Positions 37,788 to 48,979 of a stretch of DNA of 64,000 bases are shown one piece after another. The position numbers were made by a program, and so were the translations under genes. The DNA comes from an uncultured Clostridia bacterium (GTDB taxonomy: Bacteria > Bacillota > Clostridia > TANB77 > CAG-508), in the NCBI GenBank assembly GCA_944387505.1, contig CALXFG010000001.1, positions 148,247 through 212,246 of the forward strand. Reading direction: 5' to 3'. Under the pieces are notes generated by a model. That model made no database searches. It saw only the letters and a program-made list of their open reading frames with translations, and was not told the origin of the DNA. Position 1 is the stretch's first letter; every line of letters starts with the position of its first letter.

Positions 37788-40112
37788 ATGCAAGATATAT
37801 TAAAAGGATTAAATGATAAACAATATGAAGCAGTTGTCAATACAGAAGGGCCATGCTTAGTTATTGCAGGAGCTGGAAGTGGTAAAACAAAAGTATTAAC
37901 ACATAAAATTGCCTATTTAATAGGAGAAAAAGGTGCAAAACCATGGGATATATTGGCGATTACTTTTACGAATAAAGCAGCAAACGAAATGAAAGAAAGA
38001 ATTGCCAATTTAGTAGGAGATGATGCAAAAGATATTTGGATGGGAACATTCCACTCTATTTGTGTTAGAATTTTAAGAAGATTTATCGATAGAATTGGAT
38101 TTGATTCTTCATTTATTATATTTGATACATCAGATCAAAGAACATTGGTAAAAAATTGTATGAAAGATTTAGCAATTGATGATAAATTATTTAATGACAG
38201 AAGTGTGTTATCTGAAATTAGTAATGCTAAAAATGAAATGCTAGAGCCTGAGCAATATACAGCAAGAGCAAATTCTGATTTTCGAAAAGAAAAAATAGCA
38301 ACAGTATATGAGTTATATCAAAAACGATTAAAAGAAAATAATGCGATTGATTTTGATGATATTATTAATTATACAATAAAAATTTTAATGGAAAATCCAG
38401 ATGTCTTAGAATATTATTCAAATAAATTTAAATATGTATTAGTAGATGAATACCAAGACACCAATAAAGCACAATTTACATTAGTTACATTATTAGCATC
38501 TAAAAATGGTAATATTACAGTTGTAGGTGATAATGATCAAGGAATCTATAGTTTTAGAGGAGCAGATATTTCGAATATTTTAAATTTTGAAAGAGATTTT
38601 CCTGGAACTAAAATTATCAAGTTAGAGCAAAATTATAGATGTACAGGAAATATTTTAAAGGCTGCTAATAGTGTTATTAAAAATAATGAAGTCAAATACA
38701 AAAAAGAATTATGGACACAAAATGAAGAAGGAAATCTTCCAAAAGTGTATCAAGCTGATAATGAATATGATGAAGCAACCTATATTGTGACAGAAATTGA
38801 GCATTTGAAAAGAGAAGAATATTATAAATATTCTGATTTTGCCATTTTATATAGAATGAATACCCAATCAAGAGCAATAGAGGATATTTTAAGAAGAGAA
38901 AATGTACCATATAAAATTGTTGGTGGTTTGAAATTCTATGAAAGAAAAGAAATTAAAGATATTATCGCCTATTTACGATTAATTCAAAATAGTGCAGATA
39001 ACTTAAGTTTAAAGAGAATTATTAATGAACCAAAAAGAGGAATTGGAAAAACAAGTCTAGATAAAGTAGAAGCATTGGCAGAGCAAAATGGAACTTCTAT
39101 GTATGAAGTGATTAAACATGCTGATCAATACGGATTAAATAGAGTATATTTAAATTCTAGAGAATTTGTGAATGTAATAGAAGAATTAAAAGACAAGAAA
39201 GATGAACTAGTCATATCAGAATTAATCAAAACAACATTAAAGAAAACAGGATATACCAAAGCATTAGAAGAGGAAAATACCATAGAAGCAGAAAACAGAA
39301 TTGAAAACTTAGAGGAATTTTTAACAGTTGCAATCGAATTTGAAGAAGAATATGCAGAAAATTCATTAAGCCAATTTTTAGAAGGAATTACTTTATCCTC
39401 TGATATTGATAATGTAGAGGAGGATGAAGATTCTGTAACACTAATGACATTACATAGTGCGAAAGGATTAGAGTTCCCAGTTGTATTTCTTGTAGGAATG
39501 GAAGAAGGCATTTTCCCTGGATATAAATCGATTTCAGAGCCAAAAGAACTTGAAGAAGAAAGACGTCTATGCTATGTAGGAATTACGAGAGCAAAAGAAC
39601 ATTTATATTTAACTTGTAGTAAACAAAGAACCATTTTTGGTTCAACAAGTTATAATCCGGTTTCTAGATTTTTAAAAGAAATACCTGAAGACTTATTAGA
39701 GGGATATAAAGAAGCATTTGGAGAAGAGGACAATAATAAAAACCAAATGTTTAAAGATTCAAATTATACATGGACATATGGAAGTAAAGATAATGGAAAT
39801 ATTAAAACATATAAAATTGGTGAAAAAGAATCTGTTGGAGTGGCAGCAAAGTCAAATAAATTAAATAATTCTGGATTTGCCTTTAGAACAGCAGAAAGCT
39901 TCTTAAATAATTTAGGAAAAAAATCAGCATCAAATAACCAAGTAGATTTATCCAAATATGAAGCAGGCGTTAGAGTATATCACAAAAAATTTGGAGAAGG
40001 TACAATTAATAAGGTAGAGCCAGAAGGTGAAGACTTAAAAGTAGATATTAGTTTTGATAAAGTAGGACATAAACGATTAATGGCAAAATATGCAAATTTA
40101 GAAATTATATAA
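37788..40112 (+). CDS. pcrA: ATP-dependent DNA helicase PcrA (UvrD/Rep superfamily 1)
   Basis: Motifs AGAGSGKTKVLTHKIAYL, ILAITFTNKAANEM, VLVDEYQDTN and TLMTLHSAKGLEFPVVFL. 774 aa. Confidence 0.92.
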   Translation: MQDILKGLNDKQYEAVVNTEGPCLVIAGAGSGKTKVLTHKIAYLIGEKGAKPWDILAITFTNKAANEMKERIANLVGDDAKDIWMGTFHSICVRILRRFIDRIGFDSSFIIFDTSDQRTLVKNCMKDLAIDDKLFNDRSVLSEISNAKNEMLEPEQYTARANSDFRKEKIATVYELYQKRLKENNAIDFDDIINYTIKILMENPDVLEYYSNKFKYVLVDEYQDTNKAQFTLVTLLASKNGNITVVGDNDQGIYSFRGADISNILNFERDFPGTKIIKLEQNYRCTGNILKAANSVIKNNEVKYKKELWTQNEEGNLPKVYQADNEYDEATYIVTEIEHLKREEYYKYSDFAILYRMNTQSRAIEDILRRENVPYKIVGGLKFYERKEIKDIIAYLRLIQNSADNLSLKRIINEPKRGIGKTSLDKVEALAEQNGTSMYEVIKHADQYGLNRVYLNSREFVNVIEELKDKKDELVISELIKTTLKKTGYTKALEEENTIEAENRIENLEEFLTVAIEFEEEYAENSLSQFLEGITLSSDIDNVEEDEDSVTLMTLHSAKGLEFPVVFLVGMEEGIFPGYKSISEPKELEEERRLCYVGITRAKEHLYLTCSKQRTIFGSTSYNPVSRFLKEIPEDLLEGYKEAFGEEDNNKNQMFKDSNYTWTYGSKDNGNIKTYKIGEKESVGVAAKSNKLNNSGFAFRTAESFLNNLGKKSASNNQVDLSKYEAGVRVYHKKFGEGTINKVEPEGEDLKVDISFDKVGHKRLMAKYANLEII

Positions 40113-40119
40113 GTATAAG

Positions 40120-40157
40120 AAATAACTTTCGTATAGATTTGTGCGAAAGTTATTTTT
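40120..40157 (+). terminator. Rho-independent terminator after pcrA
   Basis: Stem aaataactttcg / cgaaagttattt followed by a T-run. Confidence 0.75.
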
Positions 40158-40259
40158 ATGTATAGAAAAAAAATTTTCACGAAGTGCGATTTGTCCGAAT
40201 AAATTTGATAAAAATGGAAATAATGAATAAAGAAATATAAAAGAAAGGAATGATTAAAA

Positions 40260-40448
40260 ATGGCAGACTTAAATCAAATGGAATTACAACATTTAAGACA
40301 TCTTATTGGAGCACATGAAACAGCTTACCAAAAATTAAACACATATTCTTCACAAGCAGTAGATCCACAAATTAAGCAACTTTTTACAAAATCTGCTCAA
40401 GATGCTTTAAATACAAAACAAAAATTAATGACATTTTTAAATAATTAA
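40260..40448 (+). CDS. Small spore coat protein, CotF-like N-terminal type
   Basis: The sequence MELQHLRHLIGAHETAYQKLNTYSSQAVDPQIKQLF is typical of Coat F family proteins. The gene is paired with the next one. Confidence 0.6.
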   Translation: MADLNQMELQHLRHLIGAHETAYQKLNTYSSQAVDPQIKQLFTKSAQDALNTKQKLMTFLNN

Positions 40449-40458
40449 GGAGGATATT

Positions 40459-40701
40459 ATGGACGAGAAAACAATGGTAAATGATATTTTAGCTGGAGTA
40501 AAATCAGATTTAACAGCATATCAAACAGCTATATCAGAGGCTGAAAATATGCAACTAAGACAAACTTTTCAACAAATTAGAAATAATGATGAAAGTTTCC
40601 AATACGAACTTTTTAAAATTGCGCAATCTAAAGGATATTATATTCCGGCACAAAAAGCTACTACAACAGAAGTTAATACAGTAAAAACAGAATTACAATA
40701 A
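40459..40701 (+). CDS. Spore coat protein F (Coat_F domain) family
   Basis: NDILAGVKSDLTAYQTAISEAENMQLRQTFQQIRNNDESFQYELFKIAQSKGYY matches the Coat F pattern. Confidence 0.7.
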   Translation: MDEKTMVNDILAGVKSDLTAYQTAISEAENMQLRQTFQQIRNNDESFQYELFKIAQSKGYYIPAQKATTTEVNTVKTELQ

Positions 40702-40735
40702 GGGATTTTGGGTCCGCACCCAAAATCCCTTTTTC
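40701..40735 (+). terminator. Rho-independent terminator
   Basis: 13-bp stem agggattttgggt / acccaaaatccct with a 4-nt loop, followed by a T-run. Confidence 0.85.
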
Positions 40736-40882
40736 TGATTTGAAAAAGAGAGAAAAAATGAAAAAAACAAAGTATTTATAAAAAAATGGAAAAAAACTTA
40801 CGGAAATTAGACTTTATATATCATTGCAAAAAAAATAATATTACAATATGATTACATTATCATATACAAAGGAGATAATGTA

Positions 40883-41893
40883 ATGTTTAAAAAGGTATTG
40901 GTTCATGCAAGACGAGGAATAAAACTCATAATTCTTTTTATGATTGCAATATTTTTAATTATTGGAGCAGTTGCATTTTTATATAAACCAACATATAGTG
41001 TATATATAAATGGACAACAAGTAGGATATACAACAAATAAGTCAGATTTACAGCATAGAATTAACGAATATGTGGACCATGGGGATGGAACAAATGAAAA
41101 TGTAGCTTTTGTGCAAGTAAATGATATGCCAGAATATAAATTATGCTTATTAAAAAGAAATATTGTGACAAATGATGAAGAAATTTATAATAAAGTAACC
41201 GAACAAGGAATTCCATATTATAGATATTATGCAATACTAGAAGATCAGCAAGAAAAATACTATGTATCTTCATTTGAAGAAGCAGAAAATGTTGTCAATA
41301 CATTAAAAGATAAGAATAGTGAAAATATAGATAAAATTTCAATCTTAGAAAAATACGAAACAGGAATAAAAGATTTAGTTTCTGTAGATGAAGTTGTATC
41401 TAAACTATATGTAGAAAAGAAAACAGAAGTAAAGGTTGCACAAACCACATCTTCAAAAGCTTCGGCAGGATATGTCAATACAAATACAACAACATCAGGT
41501 GGAAAGGCTACATTGGGGATTTCTTTAATTAGACCAATTTCAGGAACGATTACTTCTAGATTTGGAGCAAGGAGTAGTATTAGAAGTTCTGCACATACAG
41601 GATTAGATATATCAGCACCAAAAGGAACAGCGATTAAAGCTGCTGCTTCTGGAACTGTTACGTTTGCAGGATGGAAAGGTTCTTATGGATATATGTTAGT
41701 CATATCTCATGGAAATGGAGTACAAACCTATTATGCACATTGTAGTAAATTGTATGCATCAGTTGGACAAACTGTATCACAAGGAGAAACCATTGCAGCC
41801 GTAGGATCTACTGGAAATTCAACAGGACCACATCTACATTTAGAGGTTAGAGTTAATGGGGTAGCATACAATCCACAAAATTATGTATATTAA
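40883..41893 (+). CDS. M23-family (LytM-type) peptidoglycan endopeptidase with an N-terminal membrane anchor
   Basis: Intact catalytic motifs HTGLDISAP and GPHLHLEVRVNG, plus an N-terminal TM helix. Confidence 0.85.
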   Translation: MFKKVLVHARRGIKLIILFMIAIFLIIGAVAFLYKPTYSVYINGQQVGYTTNKSDLQHRINEYVDHGDGTNENVAFVQVNDMPEYKLCLLKRNIVTNDEEIYNKVTEQGIPYYRYYAILEDQQEKYYVSSFEEAENVVNTLKDKNSENIDKISILEKYETGIKDLVSVDEVVSKLYVEKKTEVKVAQTTSSKASAGYVNTNTTTSGGKATLGISLIRPISGTITSRFGARSSIRSSAHTGLDISAPKGTAIKAAASGTVTFAGWKGSYGYMLVISHGNGVQTYYAHCSKLYASVGQTVSQGETIAAVGSTGNSTGPHLHLEVRVNGVAYNPQNYVY

Positions 41894-41900
41894 AACAAAC

Positions 41901-41935
41901 AATCCACAGTTTATTAGTAAACTGTGGATTATTTA
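41901..41935 (+). terminator. Hairpin terminator after the M23 peptidase gene
   Basis: Stem aatccacagtt / aactgtggatt. Confidence 0.7.
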
Positions 41936-41968
41936 ATCAAAGAAAGACTGTAAAATGCATATTACTAA

Positions 41969-42156
41969 GCAGGAGGTTATTATCTTCTAAAAAAATAAAT
42001 TTTTCGGCTCAATACGAAAATTAAGAATTTCTAAAATCCTTTTATGGCACCCTTCCAAGGCAAGCTTGAACTCTTTCCATAAAATGATTTAAGAAATTCT
42101 AAATCTTCTCCAATCACATTCAAAATTTATTTTTTTAGAAGATAATAACCTCCTGC
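41969..42156. repeat. 188-bp nested palindrome with perfect 35-36 bp terminal inverted repeats (MITE-like)
   Basis: Left arm 41969-42004 (gcaggaggttattatcttctaaaaaaataaatttt) is the exact reverse complement of 42122-42156. The interior has a second imperfect palindrome, gaatttctaaaatccttttatgg / ccataaaatgatttaagaaattc. Confidence 0.85.
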
Positions 42157-42190
42157 AGAACAGATAATTGTTCAAAACTTTTAAATTTGT

Positions 42191-42823
42191 TTATGATAAA
42201 AAATATTTAATTCCCGTTTCAATCGCATTTCGTTTCATAATCGCTTTTCCATGTTCTAGTAACTTCATTTTAAATGTTTCAGAATGAGAAGCCAAGCTTG
42301 CAAATTCAGAAATCGTTGAGTAAAAAGCAGGTATATGTATAGATTCTGTATTTATATTAGAAAGTATTAGGTAATATGTATCATTAAACAAATATAAAGC
42401 AATGTTTTTTGCTAATTTTTTTGGTTGGAAGTTTGCAATATTATGCATAGCTGTACAAAATTCACAAAATTCTTCAAAACTAGAAAATTTATAAATAGAA
42501 GTATTACTTTTTGGATTTACTTTTTTAATTTTCTTTTTTGGCGTTACTTTTGGTTTATTTGATGGTGTGGTAGGTTTCTCTATATATTTTGTGATAGTAA
42601 ACACAAATAGACCATCAGGAGAAGAAAAAGCTTCTACAAGAAGTTTGTATCCTTCTGTATAAAACCCAACTTCTTTTTCAGCTTTTAAAAGCATTTCCAA
42701 AAATAATTTTTGAGATTCTATTGGTTTTTCCATAATGGTTTGATAATCCAAATTATTATTTTTTAAATCTTCAGAATTTACAATGACACGAATCTTATTT
42801 TCAGTCAATTTTTCAATTTTCAT
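42191..42823 (-). CDS. mecA: Adaptor protein MecA
   Basis: The N-terminus MKIEKLTENKIRVIVNSEDLKNNNLDY parallels Bacillus MecA (MEIERINEHTVKFYMSYGDIEDRGFD). Length and two-domain layout are consistent. Confidence 0.72.
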   Translation of the reverse strand: MKIEKLTENKIRVIVNSEDLKNNNLDYQTIMEKPIESQKLFLEMLLKAEKEVGFYTEGYKLLVEAFSSPDGLFVFTITKYIEKPTTPSNKPKVTPKKKIKKVNPKSNTSIYKFSSFEEFCEFCTAMHNIANFQPKKLAKNIALYLFNDTYYLILSNINTESIHIPAFYSTISEFASLASHSETFKMKLLEHGKAIMKRNAIETGIKYFLS

Positions 42824-43052
42824 ATATAATAAAAGCCTCCTTAAAACCTATTAAGTATATTATACTACTATTATTATTATATTTAAATAGATAATTTTTG
42901 GTAATAAAATTTTAAATATTAAACAATATACCATATAAATATGAAAAAAGTAAAGGTTTTTACTTGAAAAAAATGTTAAATCAATATATAATACCAATAT
43001 GTGAAAAAATAAATAGCCGTAAGAAGTAAAGGCTGATTTGGAGGTATAAAAA

Positions 43053-43310
43053 ATGGCAACAAAAGACAAAAATATATGGATATTAATCGTGTTTATTTTA
43101 TCAGGATTAGTAATAGGAGGATTATTAGGACAACTTGCATCTAACGTAGACTGGTTGTGGTGGCTTTCATATAGTCAAACATTTGGATTACAAGATCCGA
43201 TTGTTTTAGATTTAAGTGTCGTAACCATCACGTTTGCATTAATGTTTAAAATTAGTGTAGCAAGTATCATAGGAATGTTATTGGCGATATTAATTTATAA
43301 AAAAATATAG
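43053..43310 (+). CDS. Small membrane protein (DUF4321-like) commonly found upstream of radC/mreB in Clostridia
   Basis: Two TM helices, the sequence LGQLASNVDWLWWLSY, and position before radC. Confidence 0.55.
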   Translation: MATKDKNIWILIVFILSGLVIGGLLGQLASNVDWLWWLSYSQTFGLQDPIVLDLSVVTITFALMFKISVASIIGMLLAILIYKKI

Positions 43311-43344
43311 GGGCAAAATATGAATCAAAGAAAGGAAGGATATT

Positions 43345-44052
43345 TTGTCTATCAAAATCAAACAATTACCAGAAACAGAAAGACCATATGAAAAAATGGA
43401 GCTATATGGAGAAAATGCATTATCAAATGCAGAATTATTAGCCATTATTATAAAAACAGGAACAAAAGAGGAATCTTCGGTGACGATTGCTCAAAAATTA
43501 TTAAGCTTAAATCCAAACCCAAAAAGCAATTTGGATTTTTTAAAAGAAATGACAATAGAGGAATTCATGCAAATAAAAGGAATTGGAAAAGTAAAAGCTA
43601 TTCAACTAAAAGCAGTTGGTGAATTGGCAAAAAGAATGTCAACACCATCAAATTATCAAAAAATAAAAATTAAAAAGCCAGAGGATATTGCAGGATTACT
43701 GATGGAAGAAATGAGATTAGAAAAACAAGAACATGTAAAACTTATTATTTTGAATAATAAAAATGAAATTATAAAAATAAAAAAGATTGCACAAGGTGGA
43801 ATCAATTCAGTGAATATGTCCATGAGGGAAATTTTAGTAGAGCCAATCAAAATGCAAGCACCTAGAATGATTTTAATTCATAATCATCCTAGTGGTGATT
43901 CCACACCAAGTAAAGCAGATATCCAAATAACAGAAAGACTTTTTAGGGTAGCACAATTATTTGATATAGAATTGTTAGACCATATTGTGATAGGGAATGG
44001 AAACTTTACAAGTATTATTTCAAAAATATTAACGAAAGATGGAGAAATATGA
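43345..44052 (+). CDS. radC: RadC-family JAMM-motif protein
   Basis: N-terminal LPETERPYEKM...LSNAELLAIII, a helix-hairpin-helix IKGIGKVKA, and the JAMM motif HNHPSGDSTPSKAD. Confidence 0.88.
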   Translation: MSIKIKQLPETERPYEKMELYGENALSNAELLAIIIKTGTKEESSVTIAQKLLSLNPNPKSNLDFLKEMTIEEFMQIKGIGKVKAIQLKAVGELAKRMSTPSNYQKIKIKKPEDIAGLLMEEMRLEKQEHVKLIILNNKNEIIKIKKIAQGGINSVNMSMREILVEPIKMQAPRMILIHNHPSGDSTPSKADIQITERLFRVAQLFDIELLDHIVIGNGNFTSIISKILTKDGEI

Positions 44053-45109
<1,057 letters not shown>

Positions 45110-45126
45110 GATGATTGGAGTAGAAA

Positions 45127-45942
45127 ATGTATAAAAATAAAAAAGCGGAAATAGCAGGAATTGTTATAACCATTGTTATTTTAATATTGATAGTCATATT
45201 TTCAAATAGGGATAGTGAAATATCTTTTTTAGAAAATGCAGCAAGTAAGTTAGTTATGCCAGTACAAAATGGATTAACTTATTTAAAAAACAAAGTTAGT
45301 GGTAATAGTACATTTTTTACAGATATTAATAATTTAAAACAAGAGAATGAAGAATTAAGTAAAAAAAATAGTGAATTAGAGCAATCACTTAGAGAATTGG
45401 AGAGTATTAAATCTGAAAATGAGACATTAAAAGAATATTTAGGCTTAACAGAGAAATATGGTGAATATAGTACAGTTCCAGCATATATCATTAATAAAGA
45501 TATTAGCAATTATTCAAAAACAATTGTAATTAATGTGGGAAGTGATGATGGAATAAAAGAAAATATGACAGTGATTGCTGATCAAGGATTAGTAGGACAT
45601 GTTATTTCTGTAACAAATGACACCGCAAAGGTAAGAACTATCATAGATACTTCAAGTTCTGTTAGCTGTCTATTAAGTACAACAGACGAAAGTATTGTGT
45701 GTAAAGGAACTTTAGAAGAAGAATCAGCTTTAAGAGCAATTTATATACCAGATGATGACGGAATTATACAAGGAGATAGTGTAGAAACTTCTGGATTAGG
45801 AGGAATATATCCAAAAGGTATTCATGTAGGTAGTATCAAAAAGGTTGTCAATACACAAAATGCAACTGATAGATATGCCATTGTAGAAACAGCAGTAGAT
45901 TTTAATAAGCTAGATACAGTGTTAGTCATAACAAATCAATAG
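45127..45942 (+). CDS. mreC: Rod shape-determining protein MreC
   Basis: N-terminal TM helix, a coiled coil (NNLKQENEELSKKNSELEQ), C-terminal beta domains (GLVGHVISV; SGLGGIYPKGIHVG), and synteny. Confidence 0.85.
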   Translation: MYKNKKAEIAGIVITIVILILIVIFSNRDSEISFLENAASKLVMPVQNGLTYLKNKVSGNSTFFTDINNLKQENEELSKKNSELEQSLRELESIKSENETLKEYLGLTEKYGEYSTVPAYIINKDISNYSKTIVINVGSDDGIKENMTVIADQGLVGHVISVTNDTAKVRTIIDTSSSVSCLLSTTDESIVCKGTLEEESALRAIYIPDDDGIIQGDSVETSGLGGIYPKGIHVGSIKKVVNTQNATDRYAIVETAVDFNKLDTVLVITNQ

Positions 45943-45946
45943 AGAG

Positions 45947-46489
45947 GTGAAATCTTTGAAAAAATTTATTATAAATATATTTATTATACTAACAGCACTT
46001 ATTATATATTTTTTACAAGCAAATTTTTTTAACTGGTTTACAATCTCTGGTGTTATGCCTAGCTTATTTGTCATATTTGTTTTATTTATAGGATTATTTT
46101 CTAATCGAATAACAGGTGTTGTATATGGAGTAGCCATAGGTGGAATTTTAGATTTAGTAATCGGTACACAAATTGGAATTAATGCGGTGGGCTTAGGAAT
46201 TATTGGATTTTTAGCTGCCACTTTTGACAAAAATTTTTCAAAAGATAGTAGAGCAACGATTATGTTTATGGTTTTAGGAGCTACATTAATATATGAAGTT
46301 ATTGTCTATCTATTAAATTATATTGTGTTTTCTACAAATATAGAAATTATCAATTTTATTAGAATATTAGCGATTGAGATTATATATAATTTAATCATTG
46401 TTATTATCTTATATCCTTTAATTCAAAAATTTGGATATGCGATTGAAAATGAATATAAGGGAAATAAAATTTTAACGAGGTATTTCTAA
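45947..46489 (+). CDS. mreD: Rod shape-determining protein MreD
   Basis: Polytopic membrane protein directly after mreC. An alternative TTG start lies at 45956. Confidence 0.75.
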   Translation: MKSLKKFIINIFIILTALIIYFLQANFFNWFTISGVMPSLFVIFVLFIGLFSNRITGVVYGVAIGGILDLVIGTQIGINAVGLGIIGFLAATFDKNFSKDSRATIMFMVLGATLIYEVIVYLLNYIVFSTNIEIINFIRILAIEIIYNLIIVIILYPLIQKFGYAIENEYKGNKILTRYF

Positions 46490-46498
46490 TAACTATGA

Positions 46499-46699
46499 TT
46501 TAAGTTAAATTATCTTATTTTTTATACCTTGTGTGTCGCAACCACTTATGCTGAAAGACAAATTTCTATCTAGTATTAAATAAATTTAATACTATCTGAA
46601 AATTTACTCTTCAGCGAATGTAGGTTGCTCCAATCGCACTCGCCATAGGCTCGTTTGGTCGCTTACGCGGTATTGCAAAATAAGATAATTTAACTTAAA
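46499..46699. repeat. 201-bp element with perfect 23-bp terminal inverted repeats and a palindromic core, between mreD and mrdA
   Basis: The left arm tttaagttaaattatcttatttt (46499-46521) is the exact reverse complement of 46677-46699. The core has a palindrome gctgaaagacaaatttctatctagtattaaat / atttaatactatctgaaaatttactcttcagc, and gcaacc / ggttgc pairing. Confidence 0.85.
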
Positions 46700-46759
46700 G
46701 CATATTAAAAGTTATTTGCAAATATTTAGCTAAAATGTAAAGAAGAGGAAGGTGAAGCC

Positions 46760-48895
46760 TTGAAGGGATTGAGTTTTAAAAAAGCGAAGAAAAAAGCAAG
46801 AAGCAATTTAAATTTACGATTTAATGTGCTAACTGTTATTACATATATTATTGGAATTGTTTTAATTATCCAATTGTTTAATTTGCAGATTGTACATGGA
46901 GCAGAATATAGAGAAGAATCTAATACAAGACTTACCAGAGAATCTACACTTGAAGCTGCAAGAGGTGAAATCTTAGATAGAACAGGAACAGCATTAGTTA
47001 CGAATTCGACGAAATTTAGTGTTGAATTGTACAAAACAAAAATTGATGATAATGAATTAAATAATTCTATTTTAAATATGGTCAATCTATTAGAAAAATA
47101 TCAAGTAAAATATGTGGATTCTTTTCCAATATCAATAGATCCATTCCAATTTACGATTAGTGATGAGACACTAGCTAAGTGGAAAAAAACATATGATTTA
47201 GATGAGAATATGTCTGCAGAACAAGCCTTTTACGATTTCAAAGATCGATATAAAATTCAAAATACAGATATAATAGAAATTCGAAAAATAATATCTATTA
47301 GATATGAAATAACAACAACTGGATATAGTAGTACAAAAGCATTAACGATAGCAGAAGATATTCCAAGAGAAGCAGTGGCAGAATTTTCAGAAAGTAGTGA
47401 TAAATTCCCAGGAATTAATATTGTAACAGAACCTGTAAGAGAATACACTTCTGGAACACTTGCATCTCATATTTTAGGTTATGCCTCAACGATTAGTGCG
47501 GAGGAATATGCAACTAGAAAAGATACTTATGACCAAAATGATATTATAGGAAAAACAGGAATAGAATATGTTTTTGAGGAATATTTGAAAGGACAAGATG
47601 GGACGAAACAAATTGATATGGCAGTTGATGGAACAATAACATCTGAATATACATCAGAAGAAGCTATTGCAGGTAGTAATGTCGTATTAACAATAGATGC
47701 AAATTTACAACAGGTTGCAGAACGAGCATTAGAATCCAACATTAAGAAAATTGCTTCAGGAGGATTTGGAAAAGCTTATAATACCAATGCAGGTAGTTGT
47801 GTTGTTATGAACGTGAAAACAGGTGAAATATTAGCAATGGCAAGCTATCCGAATTATAATCCGGCAGATTTTGTAGGTGGTATTAGTACAGATAAGTGGA
47901 ATCAATATAATACAGATTCTGCAAAACCATTAATGAATAAAGCAGTTCAAAATTCATATGAACCAGGTTCTATTTTTAAAATGGTAACGGCAATTGCTGG
48001 ACTAGAATCAGGTGTTATCACAAGAACAGAGAAAATAAATGATGTAGGAGAATATAGAAAATATGGAGAAAAATGGCCATGTTGGTATTATACAGATTAT
48101 CATAGAGGACATGGATATTTGAATGTATCACAAGCAATTGAAAGGTCATGTAACTATTTCTTCTATGAGACAGGAGACAGAATGGGAATCGAAACACTTG
48201 CTAAATATGCGAGATATTTTGGATTAGGACAAAAAACAGGTGTAGAATTACCAAGTGAAGCAACAGGTGCAATGGCGACGCCAGAATATGCGCAAACAGT
48301 TGGTGTTACATGGACAAAAGGACAAACTATTAATGCTTCAATTGGACAAGGTTTAGACAATTTTAGTCCTCTACAGATGACAAAATATATTAGTATGTTA
48401 GCTAATGGTGGAAATGATATAGATGTAACAATTATAAAAAGTATTATAAAACCTGATGGAACAGAAGCTTCAAGAGAAGAAATTAACAACTTTGTTAATC
48501 AAAAATTAGGACTAAAAGAAGAGGAAGAAACTGAAGATATAACAATTAGCCAAGAAACAATGAATGCTGTACTAGAAGGAATGAAATCTGTTACAACAGA
48601 TGAAACAGGAACAGCTTATTCTAGATTCCAAGATTTTGGCATTGCAGTAGGAGGAAAAACAGGTTCTGCTGAATCTCATGATGCTAATGGAAAAGAGATT
48701 GTTAATGCATGGTTTGCAGGTTTTGCACCATATGACGATCCAGAAATTGCGGTTGTCGTTATGGTAGAAAATGGTGGACATGGTAACTATACAGCAGAAG
48801 CAGTAGTGGAGATTATGCAAGAATATTTTGGAATGAATGCACAACAGGTGCAAGAAGATATGAGTGCTGTGAATTATAATCAATCTTTGAGATGA
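46760..48895 (+). CDS. mrdA: Penicillin-binding protein 2 (elongation-specific class B transpeptidase)
   Basis: N-terminal anchor and dimerisation domain, then transpeptidase motifs SIFK (SxxK), SCN (SxN) and KTGSA (KTG). Synteny after mreBCD. TTG start. Confidence 0.88.
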   Translation: MKGLSFKKAKKKARSNLNLRFNVLTVITYIIGIVLIIQLFNLQIVHGAEYREESNTRLTRESTLEAARGEILDRTGTALVTNSTKFSVELYKTKIDDNELNNSILNMVNLLEKYQVKYVDSFPISIDPFQFTISDETLAKWKKTYDLDENMSAEQAFYDFKDRYKIQNTDIIEIRKIISIRYEITTTGYSSTKALTIAEDIPREAVAEFSESSDKFPGINIVTEPVREYTSGTLASHILGYASTISAEEYATRKDTYDQNDIIGKTGIEYVFEEYLKGQDGTKQIDMAVDGTITSEYTSEEAIAGSNVVLTIDANLQQVAERALESNIKKIASGGFGKAYNTNAGSCVVMNVKTGEILAMASYPNYNPADFVGGISTDKWNQYNTDSAKPLMNKAVQNSYEPGSIFKMVTAIAGLESGVITRTEKINDVGEYRKYGEKWPCWYYTDYHRGHGYLNVSQAIERSCNYFFYETGDRMGIETLAKYARYFGLGQKTGVELPSEATGAMATPEYAQTVGVTWTKGQTINASIGQGLDNFSPLQMTKYISMLANGGNDIDVTIIKSIIKPDGTEASREEINNFVNQKLGLKEEEETEDITISQETMNAVLEGMKSVTTDETGTAYSRFQDFGIAVGGKTGSAESHDANGKEIVNAWFAGFAPYDDPEIAVVVMVENGGHGNYTAEAVVEIMQEYFGMNAQQVQEDMSAVNYNQSLR

Positions 48896-48979
48896 TTGAA
48901 AAATAATTACAATTTTGGCTATGTCAAAATTTAATTCTTTTCCAATCGATTTCTGACAAAAGAAAGGAAGGATGTAAAA

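Noticed and set aside
42860-43069. 69-aa minus-strand ORF between mecA and the DUF4321-like gene
   Set aside because: It lies in an AT-rich promoter region and overlaps the start of the 43053 gene. It has no RBS and its composition is implausible for a real product.
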